64,000 bases of DNA from Alphaproteobacteria bacterium (GTDB lineage: Bacteria; Pseudomonadota; Alphaproteobacteria; Rs-D84), in contig JAVBPX010000003.1 of assembly GCA_031549365.1 (NCBI GenBank), positions 1 through 64,000 on the forward strand. The letters are read 5' to 3'. Position 1 is the first letter of the stretch. Each line of letters starts with the position of its first letter. Both the position numbers and the translations under genes were made by a program. The notes beneath the pieces were generated by a model. That model saw only the letters and a list, made by a program, of their open reading frames with translations. It had not been told where the DNA came from and did not search any database. Below are positions 8,471 through 21,700 of this stretch, piece after piece.

Positions 8471-9409
8471 TTATACCTTAATCACAGCGGCGCCCCATGT
8501 CAAGCCCGCACCGAATGCGGCGGCCAAAACAGTTTGTCCGTTTTTAATTTGACCCAATGTGCGTGCATCATCGAATGCCAATGGAATTGATGCCGCGGAT
8601 GTATTTGCGTGTTTGTTAACTGTTACAATTACGCGATCCATTGGAATACCAAAACGGGAAACCACGCCTTCGATTATACGGATATTTGCTTGGTGCGGAA
8701 TTGCCCAATCAATATCATCGCGTGTTAAATTTAACTTATTCATAACGGCCAATGCTGCTTCGGGCATGCGTTGAACTGCCTGACGATATACGTCGGATCC
8801 CTCCATATAAATGGTGCGATTATCTGTGGCGTGTAACATTTTTAAATATTCGCCATTTGCAAAAATTTCCGTTCCCAAAATTCCCATTCCTGGTTCATCG
8901 ATTGCCTCGAAAATCATGCACCCTGCCCCATCGCCAAATAAAACGGCCGTGTTGCGATCGGTCCAATCAACCATTTGCGACATTTTTTCAGCCCCAATTA
9001 CCATTATGCGCTTGAACATTCCAGCCGCAAAAAACGCGCGCGCTTGGTGTAACGCATAAATAAACCCAGTACAAGCACCACGGACATCCATCGCAGGCGC
9101 ACCATGAAACATTCCAATTTTATTTTGAACAATACACGCAACCGACGGAAATTCCAAATCTGGCGTTGTTGTTGCAACCAACAATAAATCAATATCCGCC
9201 GCTGTTAATCCAGCATTTTTCAATGCACGTTCCGCCGCACGCGCGGCCATGTCGGATGTTTTTTCCAATGGACTGGCTATGTGGCGTTCTTTGATACCTG
9301 TACGCGACGCAATCCATTCGTCGGTTGTATCCAATGTTTTTTCCAAATCTTTGTTCGTCAAAATTTTTTCAGGCAAATAAGAACCCGAAGCAACTAGTTT
9401 ACAAAACAT
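8471..9409 (-). CDS. fabH: 3-oxoacyl-ACP synthase III
   Basis: GACTGF, LFGDGAG, PHQANIRI, HANTSAASIP. Confidence 0.96.
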   Translation of the reverse strand: MFCKLVASGSYLPEKILTNKDLEKTLDTTDEWIASRTGIKERHIASPLEKTSDMAARAAERALKNAGLTAADIDLLLVATTTPDLEFPSVACIVQNKIGMFHGAPAMDVRGACTGFIYALHQARAFFAAGMFKRIMVIGAEKMSQMVDWTDRNTAVLFGDGAGCMIFEAIDEPGMGILGTEIFANGEYLKMLHATDNRTIYMEGSDVYRQAVQRMPEAALAVMNKLNLTRDDIDWAIPHQANIRIIEGVVSRFGIPMDRVIVTVNKHANTSAASIPLAFDDARTLGQIKNGQTVLAAAFGAGLTWGAAVIKV

Positions 9410-9411
9410 AA

Positions 9412-10476
9412 TTATGCCTCCACCACTTGTTGTTTTACATCTTTAACCGCAGCCACAGCACGTTGAATATGGCCGTTAAAGTCATTGGTTGACAATTCCA
9501 AGGCATATTTGACAGCATTGGCAAAAGTCAATACGTCTGAATTTCCATGGGTTTTTACAACAAATCCGTTTAATCCAATGAACACAGCGCCGGCGTACGA
9601 ACGCGGATCCAATTTGGCCTTTAATCTTTTGAATACGTGGAACAAGAAAAACGACATCAAAATCGCAATTAACGATTTTTTAAATGTATCTTTCATAACA
9701 CGCGTGATTAATTTTGCGGTACCTTCGACCGTCTTTAAAACAATATTTCCCGTGAAACCATCGGTAACAACAACCTCGACCACGCCGTGGCTGATGTCAT
9801 TACCCTCGACAAAGCCGATATATTCAAATGGTAATTTTTCAGAATTATTTTTAAAAGCAGTATTCACATTGCGCAATGAATCCAGACCTTTTTGATCCTC
9901 TTCGCCAATGTTTAATAAACCCAATTTTGGATGATTTACCCCGCCCATAGTTTTGGCATATACAGATCCCATTACTGCGAAATCTATTAAATTTTCCTCA
10001 TCGCACACTGCATTTGCACCCAAATCCAACAATACTACTTTTTTATCACCGCCGCCGGCTGGCAACATTGTAACGATTGCCGGGCGCGAAATACCATCAA
10101 TCGTTTTTAATGACAATTTGGACAAAGCCATTAAAATTCCCGTATTTCCTGCGGAAATGATTGCTATGGAATTACCCTCTCGCACGTCTTTGATTGCCAT
10201 GTACATACTGGTATTTTGGGATGTTCGAATTATTTCACGTAATTTATCAGTCCCATTAATTTTATCAGGGGCATGAATAATCGTTGAATATTTTGCAACG
10301 CGCGGATACTTTTTAAATAACGCGCGCATTTTAGCCTCGGGCCCGAATACACGAAAATGAATATCGACAGAATCGGCATTAGTAAACAAAAAATGATTCA
10401 ATCCTGCAATAACGTCAACAGGGGCGCGATCGCCCCCCATTGCATCAATTGCAAAAACGTATTGTTTGTGCTTCAT
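9412..10476 (-). CDS. plsX: phosphate acyltransferase PlsX
   Basis: AIDAMGGD, SAGNTG, LDLGAN, LLNIGEE, VTDGFTGN. Confidence 0.96.
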   Translation of the reverse strand: MKHKQYVFAIDAMGGDRAPVDVIAGLNHFLFTNADSVDIHFRVFGPEAKMRALFKKYPRVAKYSTIIHAPDKINGTDKLREIIRTSQNTSMYMAIKDVREGNSIAIISAGNTGILMALSKLSLKTIDGISRPAIVTMLPAGGGDKKVVLLDLGANAVCDEENLIDFAVMGSVYAKTMGGVNHPKLGLLNIGEEDQKGLDSLRNVNTAFKNNSEKLPFEYIGFVEGNDISHGVVEVVVTDGFTGNIVLKTVEGTAKLITRVMKDTFKKSLIAILMSFFLFHVFKRLKAKLDPRSYAGAVFIGLNGFVVKTHGNSDVLTFANAVKYALELSTNDFNGHIQRAVAAVKDVKQQVVEA

Positions 10477-10500
10477 GAATTCCCGTTGATAATATTGTTA

Positions 10501-10674
10501 TTATTTTGAAATAACGTTTTTATCGTTGTAAGTTCCACAAGATGGGCATACATGATGTGGGCGCTTTCTTTCGCCACATTTTTTGCATGTACCAGATGTT
10601 TCAATTGCAATCGCATCATGTGCACGGCGCATATCACGACGAGATTTAGAAGTTTTCTTTTTTGGAGTTGCCAT
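10501..10674 (-). CDS. rpmF: 50S ribosomal protein L32 (57 aa, not in the ORF track)
   Basis: Manual translation [40 protein letters not shown]. Confidence 0.96.
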   Translation of the reverse strand: MATPKKKTSKSRRDMRRAHDAIAIETSGTCKKCGERKRPHHVCPSCGTYNDKNVISK

Positions 10675-10789
10675 TTTGGTTTCCTTTGGTTAGCCCCCCT
10701 ATTTTAACCATATTGTTTATAATTTCAAGTGAATTTTTGAAAAACGGTTGCAAAATGCCGTATTCAGGTTATAATACAGGGACAATTAT

Positions 10790-12541
10790 ATGAGGTTTGA
10801 TATGGTTTTAAAAAAATTATCAGCAACTTTTGATTCTGTTGCAAAAAATATAGGGTTAACATCTGCACTGGATTTTGTTCCTTCGAATCGTCCAGATTTG
10901 GCGGATTTTCAATCAAATGATGCCATGAAACTGGCAAAAACCATTGGAACAACCCCACGCGAATTGGCCGAAAAAATCGTTGGTGAATTAAAAAAACATG
11001 ATGAAATTGCGGATGCCTCCGTTGCCGGCCCCGGTTTTATCAACATTAAAATTTCAGACAAATTTTTAATTAATGCCGCGAATGAATCAATTTCGGATAA
11101 ATTTCAAATATCCGCGCCCGAAAAACCATTTGTAATTGATTTGGATTACGGCAGTTATAATATTGCCAAGGCATTACACATCGGGCATTTACGCACAACC
11201 GTTGTTGGCGATACATTAAACAGAATTTCCAAATTTTTGGGACACAAAACAATTTCATACAATCATATTGGTGATTGGGGGCGCCCAATGGGAATGGTAA
11301 TTTGCTGGATACGCAAATTACATCCAGAATGGCCTTTTTTCCAAACGAATTTTGATCCGAATATGGATTTATCCGAATATAAAATTGATGCGCGCGATCT
11401 GGAATACTATTACCCACTGGCCAGCGACTATGCCAAACAAGACCCCGAATTCATGGATTTGGTAAAAAAAACTACAACTGAATTCCAAGCTGGGCATCCT
11501 GGGTATCAGGCTTTGTATAAATTATTCCTGCCTATTTCGATTGCCGACATCGAAGATTTGTTAAACGATTTAAACGTATTGCCATATGATTATTGGCATG
11601 GCGAAAAAAATGCGTCCAAAAATGTGCCCGCTGTTGAAAAATTATTGCGTGATAAAAATTTATTGATATTGGATGATGGTGCCATGATTGTGCGTGTTGC
11701 GACTGAAAATGACAATGCCCCCATGCCGCCATTAATATTCGAATCGTCCCATGGTGCCGATACATACGGGGCCACCGATTTGGGCGCAATTTATTACCGC
11801 GTAAATAACGACCATTGCGATTTTAATTGGTATTTTACCGATTTACGTCAAAAGCTCCATTTTACCCAGGTTTTTCGCGTGGCGGAAATGATTGGATTAA
11901 CCGAACACACAAAAATGGAGCATTTGGGTTTTGGAACAATTACTGGCGCTGATGGCAAACCATTTAAAACACGCGATGGCGGTGTTCCTACGTTGCGGGG
12001 CATTATTGATATGCTGATTGAATCTGTGCAAAAACGCGTTGCGGACGCAGGTAAAGAATTATCACATGACCAAATTAAATCAATCGCGATTTCTGCATTA
12101 AAATTTAATGATTTGATGCATGATAATAAATCCGATTATGTATTTGATCCGGACATGGTTACAAATTTCGAGGGGAAAACTGGCCCATATATTTTATATA
12201 CCGCCGTTCGTATGAATTCAATTTTGAAACGTGCTGGCGAAATTAAATCTGTTGAATATTCAAATGCATTGGATCCAATGGAACGTTCGTTATTATTGGC
12301 TATGTTGGATTTTGAACGTACATTGAACCGATCATTTGATTCGCGCACGCCGGACGTATTGGCAAATTATACGTATGATTTGGCACAAATTATAAATACT
12401 TATTACCACCATTTCCCTATTATGCGTGATGATTTGGATGACAAAACACGCGTGTTCCGATTGAAAATGATTTCATCTGCATACACTGTTTTATCATCCG
12501 CAATTAATTTAATGGGTATGAACGTGCCGGAAAATATGTAG
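10790..12541 (+). CDS. argS: arginine--tRNA ligase
   Basis: HIGH motif, NHIGDWG, GKPFKTRDG, FEGKTGPYILY, C-terminal PENM. Confidence 0.96.
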   Translation: MRFDMVLKKLSATFDSVAKNIGLTSALDFVPSNRPDLADFQSNDAMKLAKTIGTTPRELAEKIVGELKKHDEIADASVAGPGFINIKISDKFLINAANESISDKFQISAPEKPFVIDLDYGSYNIAKALHIGHLRTTVVGDTLNRISKFLGHKTISYNHIGDWGRPMGMVICWIRKLHPEWPFFQTNFDPNMDLSEYKIDARDLEYYYPLASDYAKQDPEFMDLVKKTTTEFQAGHPGYQALYKLFLPISIADIEDLLNDLNVLPYDYWHGEKNASKNVPAVEKLLRDKNLLILDDGAMIVRVATENDNAPMPPLIFESSHGADTYGATDLGAIYYRVNNDHCDFNWYFTDLRQKLHFTQVFRVAEMIGLTEHTKMEHLGFGTITGADGKPFKTRDGGVPTLRGIIDMLIESVQKRVADAGKELSHDQIKSIAISALKFNDLMHDNKSDYVFDPDMVTNFEGKTGPYILYTAVRMNSILKRAGEIKSVEYSNALDPMERSLLLAMLDFERTLNRSFDSRTPDVLANYTYDLAQIINTYYHHFPIMRDDLDDKTRVFRLKMISSAYTVLSSAINLMGMNVPENM

Positions 12542-12545
12542 CTTT

Positions 12546-12573
12546 AAAAAACCGTGTATTTCACGGTTTTTTT
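12546..12573 (+). terminator. intrinsic terminator
   Basis: AAAAACCGTG-TATTT-CACGGTTTTTTT. Confidence 0.8.
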
Positions 12574-12764
12574 ATTAAAAGCGCCATCTCTCTGGACAAA
12601 GAATCCCCCTGTGTTATCAAAAAATTTTATAACCTGGGGATAATACATATCAACAATCAAAAATTTCATTTAAAAAAAAATATATTTTAATGCACTTTTG
12701 CCTTGCGCGACCCAGTGATATTTTAGTATTGTGTTCCTGTGAAGTGTGGGAGCATTATGGAAAG

Positions 12765-15700
12765 ATGTTAAAAAAGTTAAATTCTTTTCTAGGTTTTTTT
12801 GCCTATTTTTCTGTGTTTTTATACACTGCGGGCCCTGCACAGGCAACTGATTGGCACGTGCCGACCGATTCTTTGCAAACCGCTATTGAAAACGCGACGG
12901 ACGATGACAATATAATAATTGACGCCGAAGTAACCAGCAATTTGGCGTTAACCCCAACACCTTTTGTAATCGATAAAAAGCTACATTATTCCAGTAATCC
13001 ACCGGGCCCATATGCAATAAATATGTATGTTAGTGCTGTTGCAGACTCTAACCGTCATTTTAATTTTTCATCTGGGGCTTCGGGAACTACTTTTACCAAC
13101 CTTGCGCTGAATAATATTATGAATGTTGGGTTATCAGCTGCAATATCTATGGGCGGGGCAATTTATACCGATGGCGCTGATTTGACTTTGAACGGGGTAA
13201 CATTTGGCGGGACCCGTGGCAATCGCGTAGCAGATGCTGGGGGCGCAATTTATAGCATAAACGGCAACCTTGTAATAAACGATGGTTCCCGCTTTTCAAC
13301 CAGCTCGGCCCTGTCGGCAACCAGCACGGGGGGTGCAATTTATATTGAATCCGCAACCTTGGAAATAAATGACTCTGTTAATTTCACAACTAACAAGGCG
13401 GCATTGGGTGGCGCAATTTATGCAAAAGACACCGCCATAACATTAACTGGAAATACCAATTTTACATCAAATGCTGCGACTGGCGGGTTAAATTTGGGTG
13501 GGGCAATTTATTCTGATGGCGGTGACATAACAATTGATGCGGCAACGTTTAATTTAAATACTGCGACAAATGGCGCCGGGATATATATAACAGGTGCAGA
13601 CATTGATATCACCGGGGCTGCGTCATTTACATCAAACACCGCGACCGAATCTGGGGGCGCAATTTATTCTGATGGCGACTATATAACAATTGGCGATGGT
13701 GTCTATTTTATTTCTAACAAGGCGAAAATCGGTGGCGCAATTTACGCAAAAGATGTGTTAATAACATTAAATGGGGCCAATATTTTCACTTCAAATGCTG
13801 CAACCGGCGGATTAAATCTGGGTGGCGCAATTTATTCTGATGGCGGAGACATAACAATTGATACAGCAACGTTTAATTTAAATACTGCGACAAATGGCGC
13901 CGGGATATATATAACAGGCGCAGACATTGATATCACCGGGGCTGCGTCATTTACATCAAACACCGCAACAAATTTGGGTGGTGCAATTTATTCTGATGAT
14001 GGCGATATAACAATTTCCTATGGCACCAGTTTTACTTCTAACAAGGCAGCAAATGGTGGCGCAATATATATTAATAGCGGAAATCTTGATATTGACACTG
14101 CAACATTTGCATCAAATACTGGAACAACTGCTGGCGGCGCAATTTTCGCCCAAGGCGATGGAATAACAATGAATATTGCTGGTATTGATGGAAACGACAT
14201 GGCAATATTCCAGGGCAATATCAGTTCCGGAAATTTGGATTCCGTACGTAAAATTGGCGCAGGCGCAATATTTTTCGACGGAATAACAGCGGTTACGGAC
14301 GCTTCGTTTGATTCAGGGTTCGACCCCAGCGCGTGCGCATTGTGCATTTCATATACCAAATTCGATTCGAACAAGGCAAATGCCAGCGTTGGCGGCGCAA
14401 TGTATATTAATAATACCACCGCAACAATTTTGAACAGTGAATTTTCTAGCAATACGACTGGTGTCAATGGTGGCACAATGGGTGCTGCGATTTATAATGG
14501 ACCCGGGGCGAAAACATACATCGAAAATACTTCCTTTATCGGCAATTCAACTATTGCTTCTGCGGCATATGGTGGGGCTATTTATAATTCTGGATTTATG
14601 AAACTGGTTAATGTTACCGTTTCTGGCAACAGCGCAAAAACATGGGGCGGCGCCGTTTTAAGCGGGGGAAACTTTAATAACGGGGAAGCAGAATTTTCCC
14701 CCGAGATAACAGTTATTGATAGCTATTTTTATCAAAACCTCTCTATCGGGGGCGGTGGCGCGTTTGGCTCTGCCGATAATTCAGCAAGGGCAGATGTTAT
14801 AAATACTAAATTTATTGAAAATTCTGCTCAACACGGTGGTGCGATTTATAATGAAACTGTTGTTAATATAAAAGATTCTGAATTCACCAACAATATTGGA
14901 ACAAATGGCGGAACCGGTGGCGGCGCTATATGGAGTGGTGCAAACTGGGCCATTGGTGAAAAACTTGATTTAACCGTCGATAATTCGACATTCACTGGGA
15001 ACAGAACCAGTTCCGCGGGCGGCGCAATATATTTAAACATATCATCTACTACTACAACTGATCCACGCTTTCCCGACTGGAAATACCCGGACACGAATAC
15101 AACCAGGATTACAAATTCTTCGTTCAACAATAATCTGACGACTGGCACTGGAAATGGCGGGGCAATTTATGCCAACGTTTCCCTGGGGGGATCTTTGATC
15201 CAAGACAGAAAATTAATACTGGATATTGATACTGTTACTTTTGATGGAAATTCTTCCGGGGGTAATGGGGGGGCGATTTTTATCAGCACTGAATATGCCG
15301 ACACCGCAAACAACAAGGTTGGTACTGCGACATTAACAATTAACGACACAGACTTTACAAACAATGTGGCCGCGACAAATGGTGGCGCTATATACGGATC
15401 TATGACCAGAGCGGGATCGGAATTGAACATAACTCTGTCTGATGTTGACTTTGATTCCAATACGGCCGGCACAAGTGGGGGCGCGCTGTATTTGTCCGGA
15501 CAATCGGCAACAACCAGACAAAATACAACAATATCAAATTCAACTTTTGACAATAACAAAGTTAGACGAATTGCCGTAATTGGCGCATCATACACGTTGA
15601 GTGGCGGGGCGATAAATAATGCTCAGAATTCAGACCTGATCTTTATCGGCAACCACGAATTTAACGCAAACAATATTGATGGATCTTTGACCAACACAGG

Positions 15701-18700
15701 GACCGGAACAGCCAATTTTAGTTTGACCATGAATGCATACGGCAGCGCGATTTACAACGCAACAAACAGCACCATAGATTTTGGAACATTTGTGTTTGAA
15801 TTTAATGAAAACTTTGCAGAATCTGTTGTTAATGCAACAAATTCGGGAACTTTTGTTTCAACCTCCACCGCAAATGCACATGGCGGGGCGTTTTATAATT
15901 CTGTAAACACGACAATTGAATTTAACCCAGGTTCAGTATTTGATGAAAATTCTGTATACGCCGAGGCGAATTCGACAAACACCGGAACTGGCGCTGCAAA
16001 CGCCACAGCCAATGCATATGGTGGCGCAATTTATAATTCCGCCGCAGGGATTATAAATATTCAAAACTCGTCCATATTCGTGAATAATGCCGCGGCGGCT
16101 GTTGCAACGTCAACTGGATCCGGGACAAAAACAACAAATGCAAATGCTTATGGCGGCGCGATTTATAATACAGGAACAAATTCAGAAATTAATATTATGG
16201 GTCTCGAAAAAACTGGAATCGACGAAACCCGTGTTGTATTCCGCGGGAACAGCGTAATCGGTGGTGCTGCTAATACATTTGGTGGTGCGATTTATAATGC
16301 TGCCAAATTAAATATTACATACGCATTGTTTGAAAACAATCTGTCATCGGGACTTGGCGGCGCGATTTATTCCGCAAATCTGCCAATTACATTTGATGAA
16401 ATTGAATTTTCCGGAAATTCTTCTGATGTTGCCGGAGGCGCACTGTATATTAATGTTGCAGCCGGGACATTTAATCTGAATAATGTAACATTTACGTCTA
16501 ATTCGTCGCTTGATGGTGGAGCATTTTATTCCAAAATGGCAACAAATGTTTCCGATACTGTTTCGTTTACAGACAATACTGCGACCGGATTCGGCGGAGC
16601 ATGGTATATCAACAGCGGAACTGTAAATTTAAATGCTGCTACATTTACTGGAAACTCTGCCGCAACAGGTGGTGGCGCAATCTATAACAATGGAACATTA
16701 AATGTTAATGGCGGCACAACATTCGCAAACAATTCTTCGACAACGGCCGGCGGCGCGATTTATACAATGCAAAATCTGACATTGAATTCAACAGCCGGCA
16801 ATATAAATTTCACAAACAATACTGTTGCTGGTGTTGGGAACGATATTTATATCAATGGGATTACAGCACGTACAATTACAATTAATGGAACAACAAACAA
16901 TGTCATTATGAACGGCGGCTTTGCAACCAATGGCACACCAAACAGCGGTAATCACACTATTACAAAAACTAATGCTGGCAACTTGCTGGTTACCGGCGAT
17001 AATTTTGGATTTACCGGGACGTCGACAATATCCGGAGGCCAAGCAATCATAGATGGCAAATGGATAAACGGATTAACAACGGTTAACAACGCCCTGCTCC
17101 GCGTGACCAGCGAAACTGTTCATGAACGCGTAACCGTCGCCAATTCTGCTGGAATTTTTGAACATTTATCAAATTCTTTGACCAGGTCAGACATTGCAAA
17201 TACCAATTTTAAATTTTCTGTTGGATCTGGCGCAACGATGAAATTTATGGCAGATTCTTCACTGGTTGGACAATTGGCAAAATATAATTTGGCAAATAAT
17301 TTGGCGTTTACACTTGTCGGAACAAACAATGTATTGTTCAAAGATTCTGATGTTACATTTGGGATTAATTCATATCTGAAAAATTCCAATGGATGGATAA
17401 ATTACACATTCCAGGATTCTGTTATCAACCTGGGCAATGCGGCCATCGAAACAACCAGTTTTCAGCAAATAACATTGGATAACGCAAAATTGTCATTTGA
17501 TGTCGGCTTTAAAACTGATGGAACTATTGATTCGGATAAAATTGCAATCACAACATTGGGCGGAGAGAATACAATAAAACTGGGTAATGTTTATTCCGTG
17601 AACGGACAAAATGACAACGGTTTGACACAGGTTTATACTTCCCAGGTTTTAATGCCAACTGGATTAAATTTCGATTCGTCATTAACCACAACAGTTAAAT
17701 CTGATATATACGAATATCTGGCGACCGTCAGTGGGAAAAATGTAACCCTGACTGTTATTGGGGCCGCGGATGAAAATTCTTTGTATGCTGCAAATGCGCA
17801 AACGGGAACACGCTCGTTTAATATGACATATTTTACGGCGACACCATATACATACAACATCGGTCAAAACCTGGGGGCTACGTCAAATGGGACATTTAAT
17901 GTTGTTGGAAATTCAGCTGCAACCAGTATAATTTCTGGAATATTGGTCGATTCTGATGGCACACCAATTGGGGGCAAAGGATCATTCTTTGACGTTTCCG
18001 GCACAACAAATTTAACACTGGAAGCTATCAGCATTGTTGATGCATACAAACTGGGCGATGGCTCTGTATTGTCTGTTAACGGAGGCGGATCTACAATTAA
18101 TTTAAACAGCCTAACTTTGGCAAATAACGAAGCAACCGCGAATGGTGGTGCGATTTATAATTCTGGCGTTATAACAGTTACTGGCAACAGTAGTTTTGAA
18201 AACAATATTGCGGGATTAAATGGTGGTGCGATTTATAATTCTGGGACTTTATTTTTGAATTCAAACACAGGGAACATCGTATTCTCAGGCAACACCGCAA
18301 CTGGGGATGGGAATGACATATACAACAATAGCGGCACAATAAATATTAACGGAACTGGGAATGATGTAATTTTCAATGGGGGAATCGCTGGAAACGGAAC
18401 CATCAATAAATCCGGAGCCGGACGATTGGTTATAAACGCCGATGTTTCTGATTTTAATGGGATATTTGCTCAGAGTGCCGGGACAACAATATTTTCAGAC
18501 GTCATGTTTGATGGCAATATTAACGTTTCTGGGGGAACCGTTGAAATTGCAAATGGTGGTGAATTTTCAAATAACTCTGTGCTTGGATTATCCAGCGGCG
18601 GCACACTAAATATTACAACGGGATCAAACATTATACTGACTGGTGGAAATTTAACTGGACTTTCTGGAACATACGGAACGGTTAATAAATCTGGGGCAAT

Positions 18701-21700
18701 GGATTTGATTTTGGATGGAAATAATTCCGTATTCCGCGGCATATATAACCAAACGGCGGGCAGAACCCTTGTTGATTCCACAAGTTTGATGTTTAATGGC
18801 ACAAATAATATTTCAAACAGTATTTTGGAAATTTCGGCATTGACTGTATATGAAAAAGCAAACATTGGCAACAATGGTCAACTGATACATACCGCGGAAA
18901 TTGCTATAACTTCGGCAATTAATGATGGAAATACAAATTTACAGTTTATTGGAACTGGCGGCAGCATGCTGTTCGATGCATCCACGTCTTTGGCAAACGG
19001 AACCAATTATAATTTGGCCAATAAAATTGATAACGGCAATTCAAATACTGTTACTTTTAGTAAATCAAATGTTTTATTGGGGGCAACAGATTACACAGGT
19101 GGAACCACATACGCATTTAGCAATTCCACGATTGATTTAAATTCTGGGGCACTGAACAATGTTGTATTTTCCAAGACCAAATTAACCAATGCAAAGCTGT
19201 CATTTGATACGCGTTTTGCAATGTCCGGAAGCGATCCTGTATTAACATCAGATACATTTAATGCGGGCACATTATCAGGGGACAGCACGATAAACATCGG
19301 AATAATAAGAATTTTGAACGATGATGCGGACACAGGACTGTCCGGGATGTATACGTCCCAAGTATTGTCTGATTCATCGTCTCTGACCTTTGGCGGATCT
19401 TTGGACACGATGTATTTGTCTACGAATGTTTATGAATACGAGGTTACAACCAACGGGAAAAACGTCCAACTGTCTGTTGTAAATGCTGCGGATATAAATT
19501 CTTTGTACAGAATGAACGACACAGCAAACAAACGCGGATTTAATATATCATATTTTTCTGGCTCTGCTGTTTATTACAACATCGGACAAAGTTTGGGCAT
19601 AACCAAAGACGGGGAATTTATAGTCCAAGGTTTTGACAATGATCCAGAACATGGTATAATTTCCGGTGAAATAGTTGATCAAAACGGCGATTCAACTGAC
19701 TCTTATGGCTCATTCTTTAAACTGGCCGGGGCTACGATTTTTACATTGAAAAACCTGACTATCGAAGACGCGTATTCTGTTGGTTCTGGATCTGTGCTGT
19801 CTGTGACTGGGGCAGCGTCATCCGCATTGGTTGAAAATATGATATTGCAAAATAATGAATCCGTCGGAAACGGTGGTGCTGTTTATGCGACTGCTGGGGA
19901 ATTGCATATCGGGCAAGCAATTTTTGATTCGAATAAATCCGGTGCAAATGGTGGGGCGATTTATAATTCGGGTAATACATCTTCTGTTGGGACAACAAAA
20001 TTCGAAACTAATGTCGCTGTTTCAACCGGTGGGGCGATTTATAATTCGGGCACCATCAGCTTTGCCGACTTGGTTGAATTCATTTCGAACAGATCGGTTG
20101 ATGGTGCGGCTGTTTATAATACTGGGACCACTGGATTTAACGGCGTTACAAATATACAGTCAAATATCGCCACAGGCAACGGTGCTTTATATAATTCTGG
20201 GAACACTACATTCTATAACGAAGTTAACATGATCGCAAACTCGTCTTTAAACGGCGGTGCAGTTTATACAAATGGCGGCTTGTTAAGCCTGAGAGCTTTG
20301 GCAAACTTTGAAAACAATAATGCAACAACAAGCGGTGGCGCATGGTATATAAATTCTGGAACAATAACAGTTCTGGACGAATTGATACTTGACTCTAATT
20401 CTGCGAACGCTGGAAATGGCGGCGCAGTATATGTATCCAATGGCGGCACATTAAACATAAACGGTGATGCAACAATATCGGATAACGATGCTCTGTCTGG
20501 GTTCGGTGGCGGAATATATCTGGCTGGAAATATGAATCTGGGCGGAACATCAGCAACAGATATTGTGTTCAGTGGAAATTCTGATAGCTCTGGGTTAAAC
20601 GACGTTCACATTGCGAATACTGGCGTATTGTCTGCAATTGGCTCTGGCACATACAGCTTTGATGGGGGCATTTCTGGCGATACAGGATCCGCAATATCCG
20701 TCAGTGGTGCCGGGGCCCGATTCAGCGCAGAAATGACCGACTTTATCGGAAATTACACTCAAAGTGGGACTCTGTCGTTATCGCAAATATATGGTATATT
20801 AAATGCAAATTATACTATAACCAATGGGGTCGCTCAATTCATCGATTCTGGATTATCCGCGGGCAAAACGATCACTGTTAATGGGAACGGTATTGCACAA
20901 TATTTGGGTTTAAATTCTGATAATCTGGGAACTGTTACAGGGTCTGGGACATTGGTTGTTGCCAACACATTGACCAATACTGGCACGATTGATGTTGGAA
21001 CATTGCGCATTAATTTTGACACCATAAACGACGGTACTATTGATTCTGATTCAACAATTATAAATGCGGATGTTACCAATAATTCCGCAATATCTGGAAC
21101 CGGGACAACAACAATTATGGATGGTGCCAATTTATTAAATCTGGGCACAATTCAACAAAATCGATTAATTATAAATTCTGGTGCAATAACTGAAACAATT
21201 GCTGATGATTTGACGATTGCTAATGGAATTACAAACAATGGAACACTGATATTTAATGGCGGGACCAATGCAAACGTTATATCTGGGAGCGGCCTTTTAC
21301 AAATTATTGATGATGTAAATAACACTGCTTTGATTTCCATTGGAGATGTAGAAATCATATCCGGCAAAGAATTTAATTCCAACGCATCAAAAATTTCCGC
21401 ATCAAATGCCATACAGAACCAAGGTTTGTTGAATCTGTACGGCAATGGCACATGGACTTCTGCCGTAACGGGGACAGACGGAACCACAACATTTGGCAAT
21501 GGCACTCTTAATAATACCGCCACAATCCAACAAAAGGGCTTGGTTGTAAATGGGGATGGTATATTTATTACTGATGGTGGATTAATACAAACCGGCGACG
21601 ATGGAATAATAGTAAACGGCACACTTAATGTTACCAGGGGGAATTTGACCGCTCAAACAATATCCTTGGTATCGTCTGGACCATCTGATGTTCCGACATT

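Noticed and set aside
12672-12680. A9 run upstream of the autotransporter as a phase-variation tract
   Set aside because: Such runs are common at this AT content, and it is not clearly inside a promoter spacer or the likely CDS.
12690-12764. Longer N-terminus of the autotransporter
   Set aside because: ATG 12765 has a purine-rich SD and gives a proper signal peptide; the upstream codons contain promoter-like sequence.
13100-20600. Recurring GGCGCAATTTAT motifs as a CRISPR or DGR array
   Set aside because: They are degenerate in-frame codons for GGAIY; no cas or reverse transcriptase genes are present in the window.
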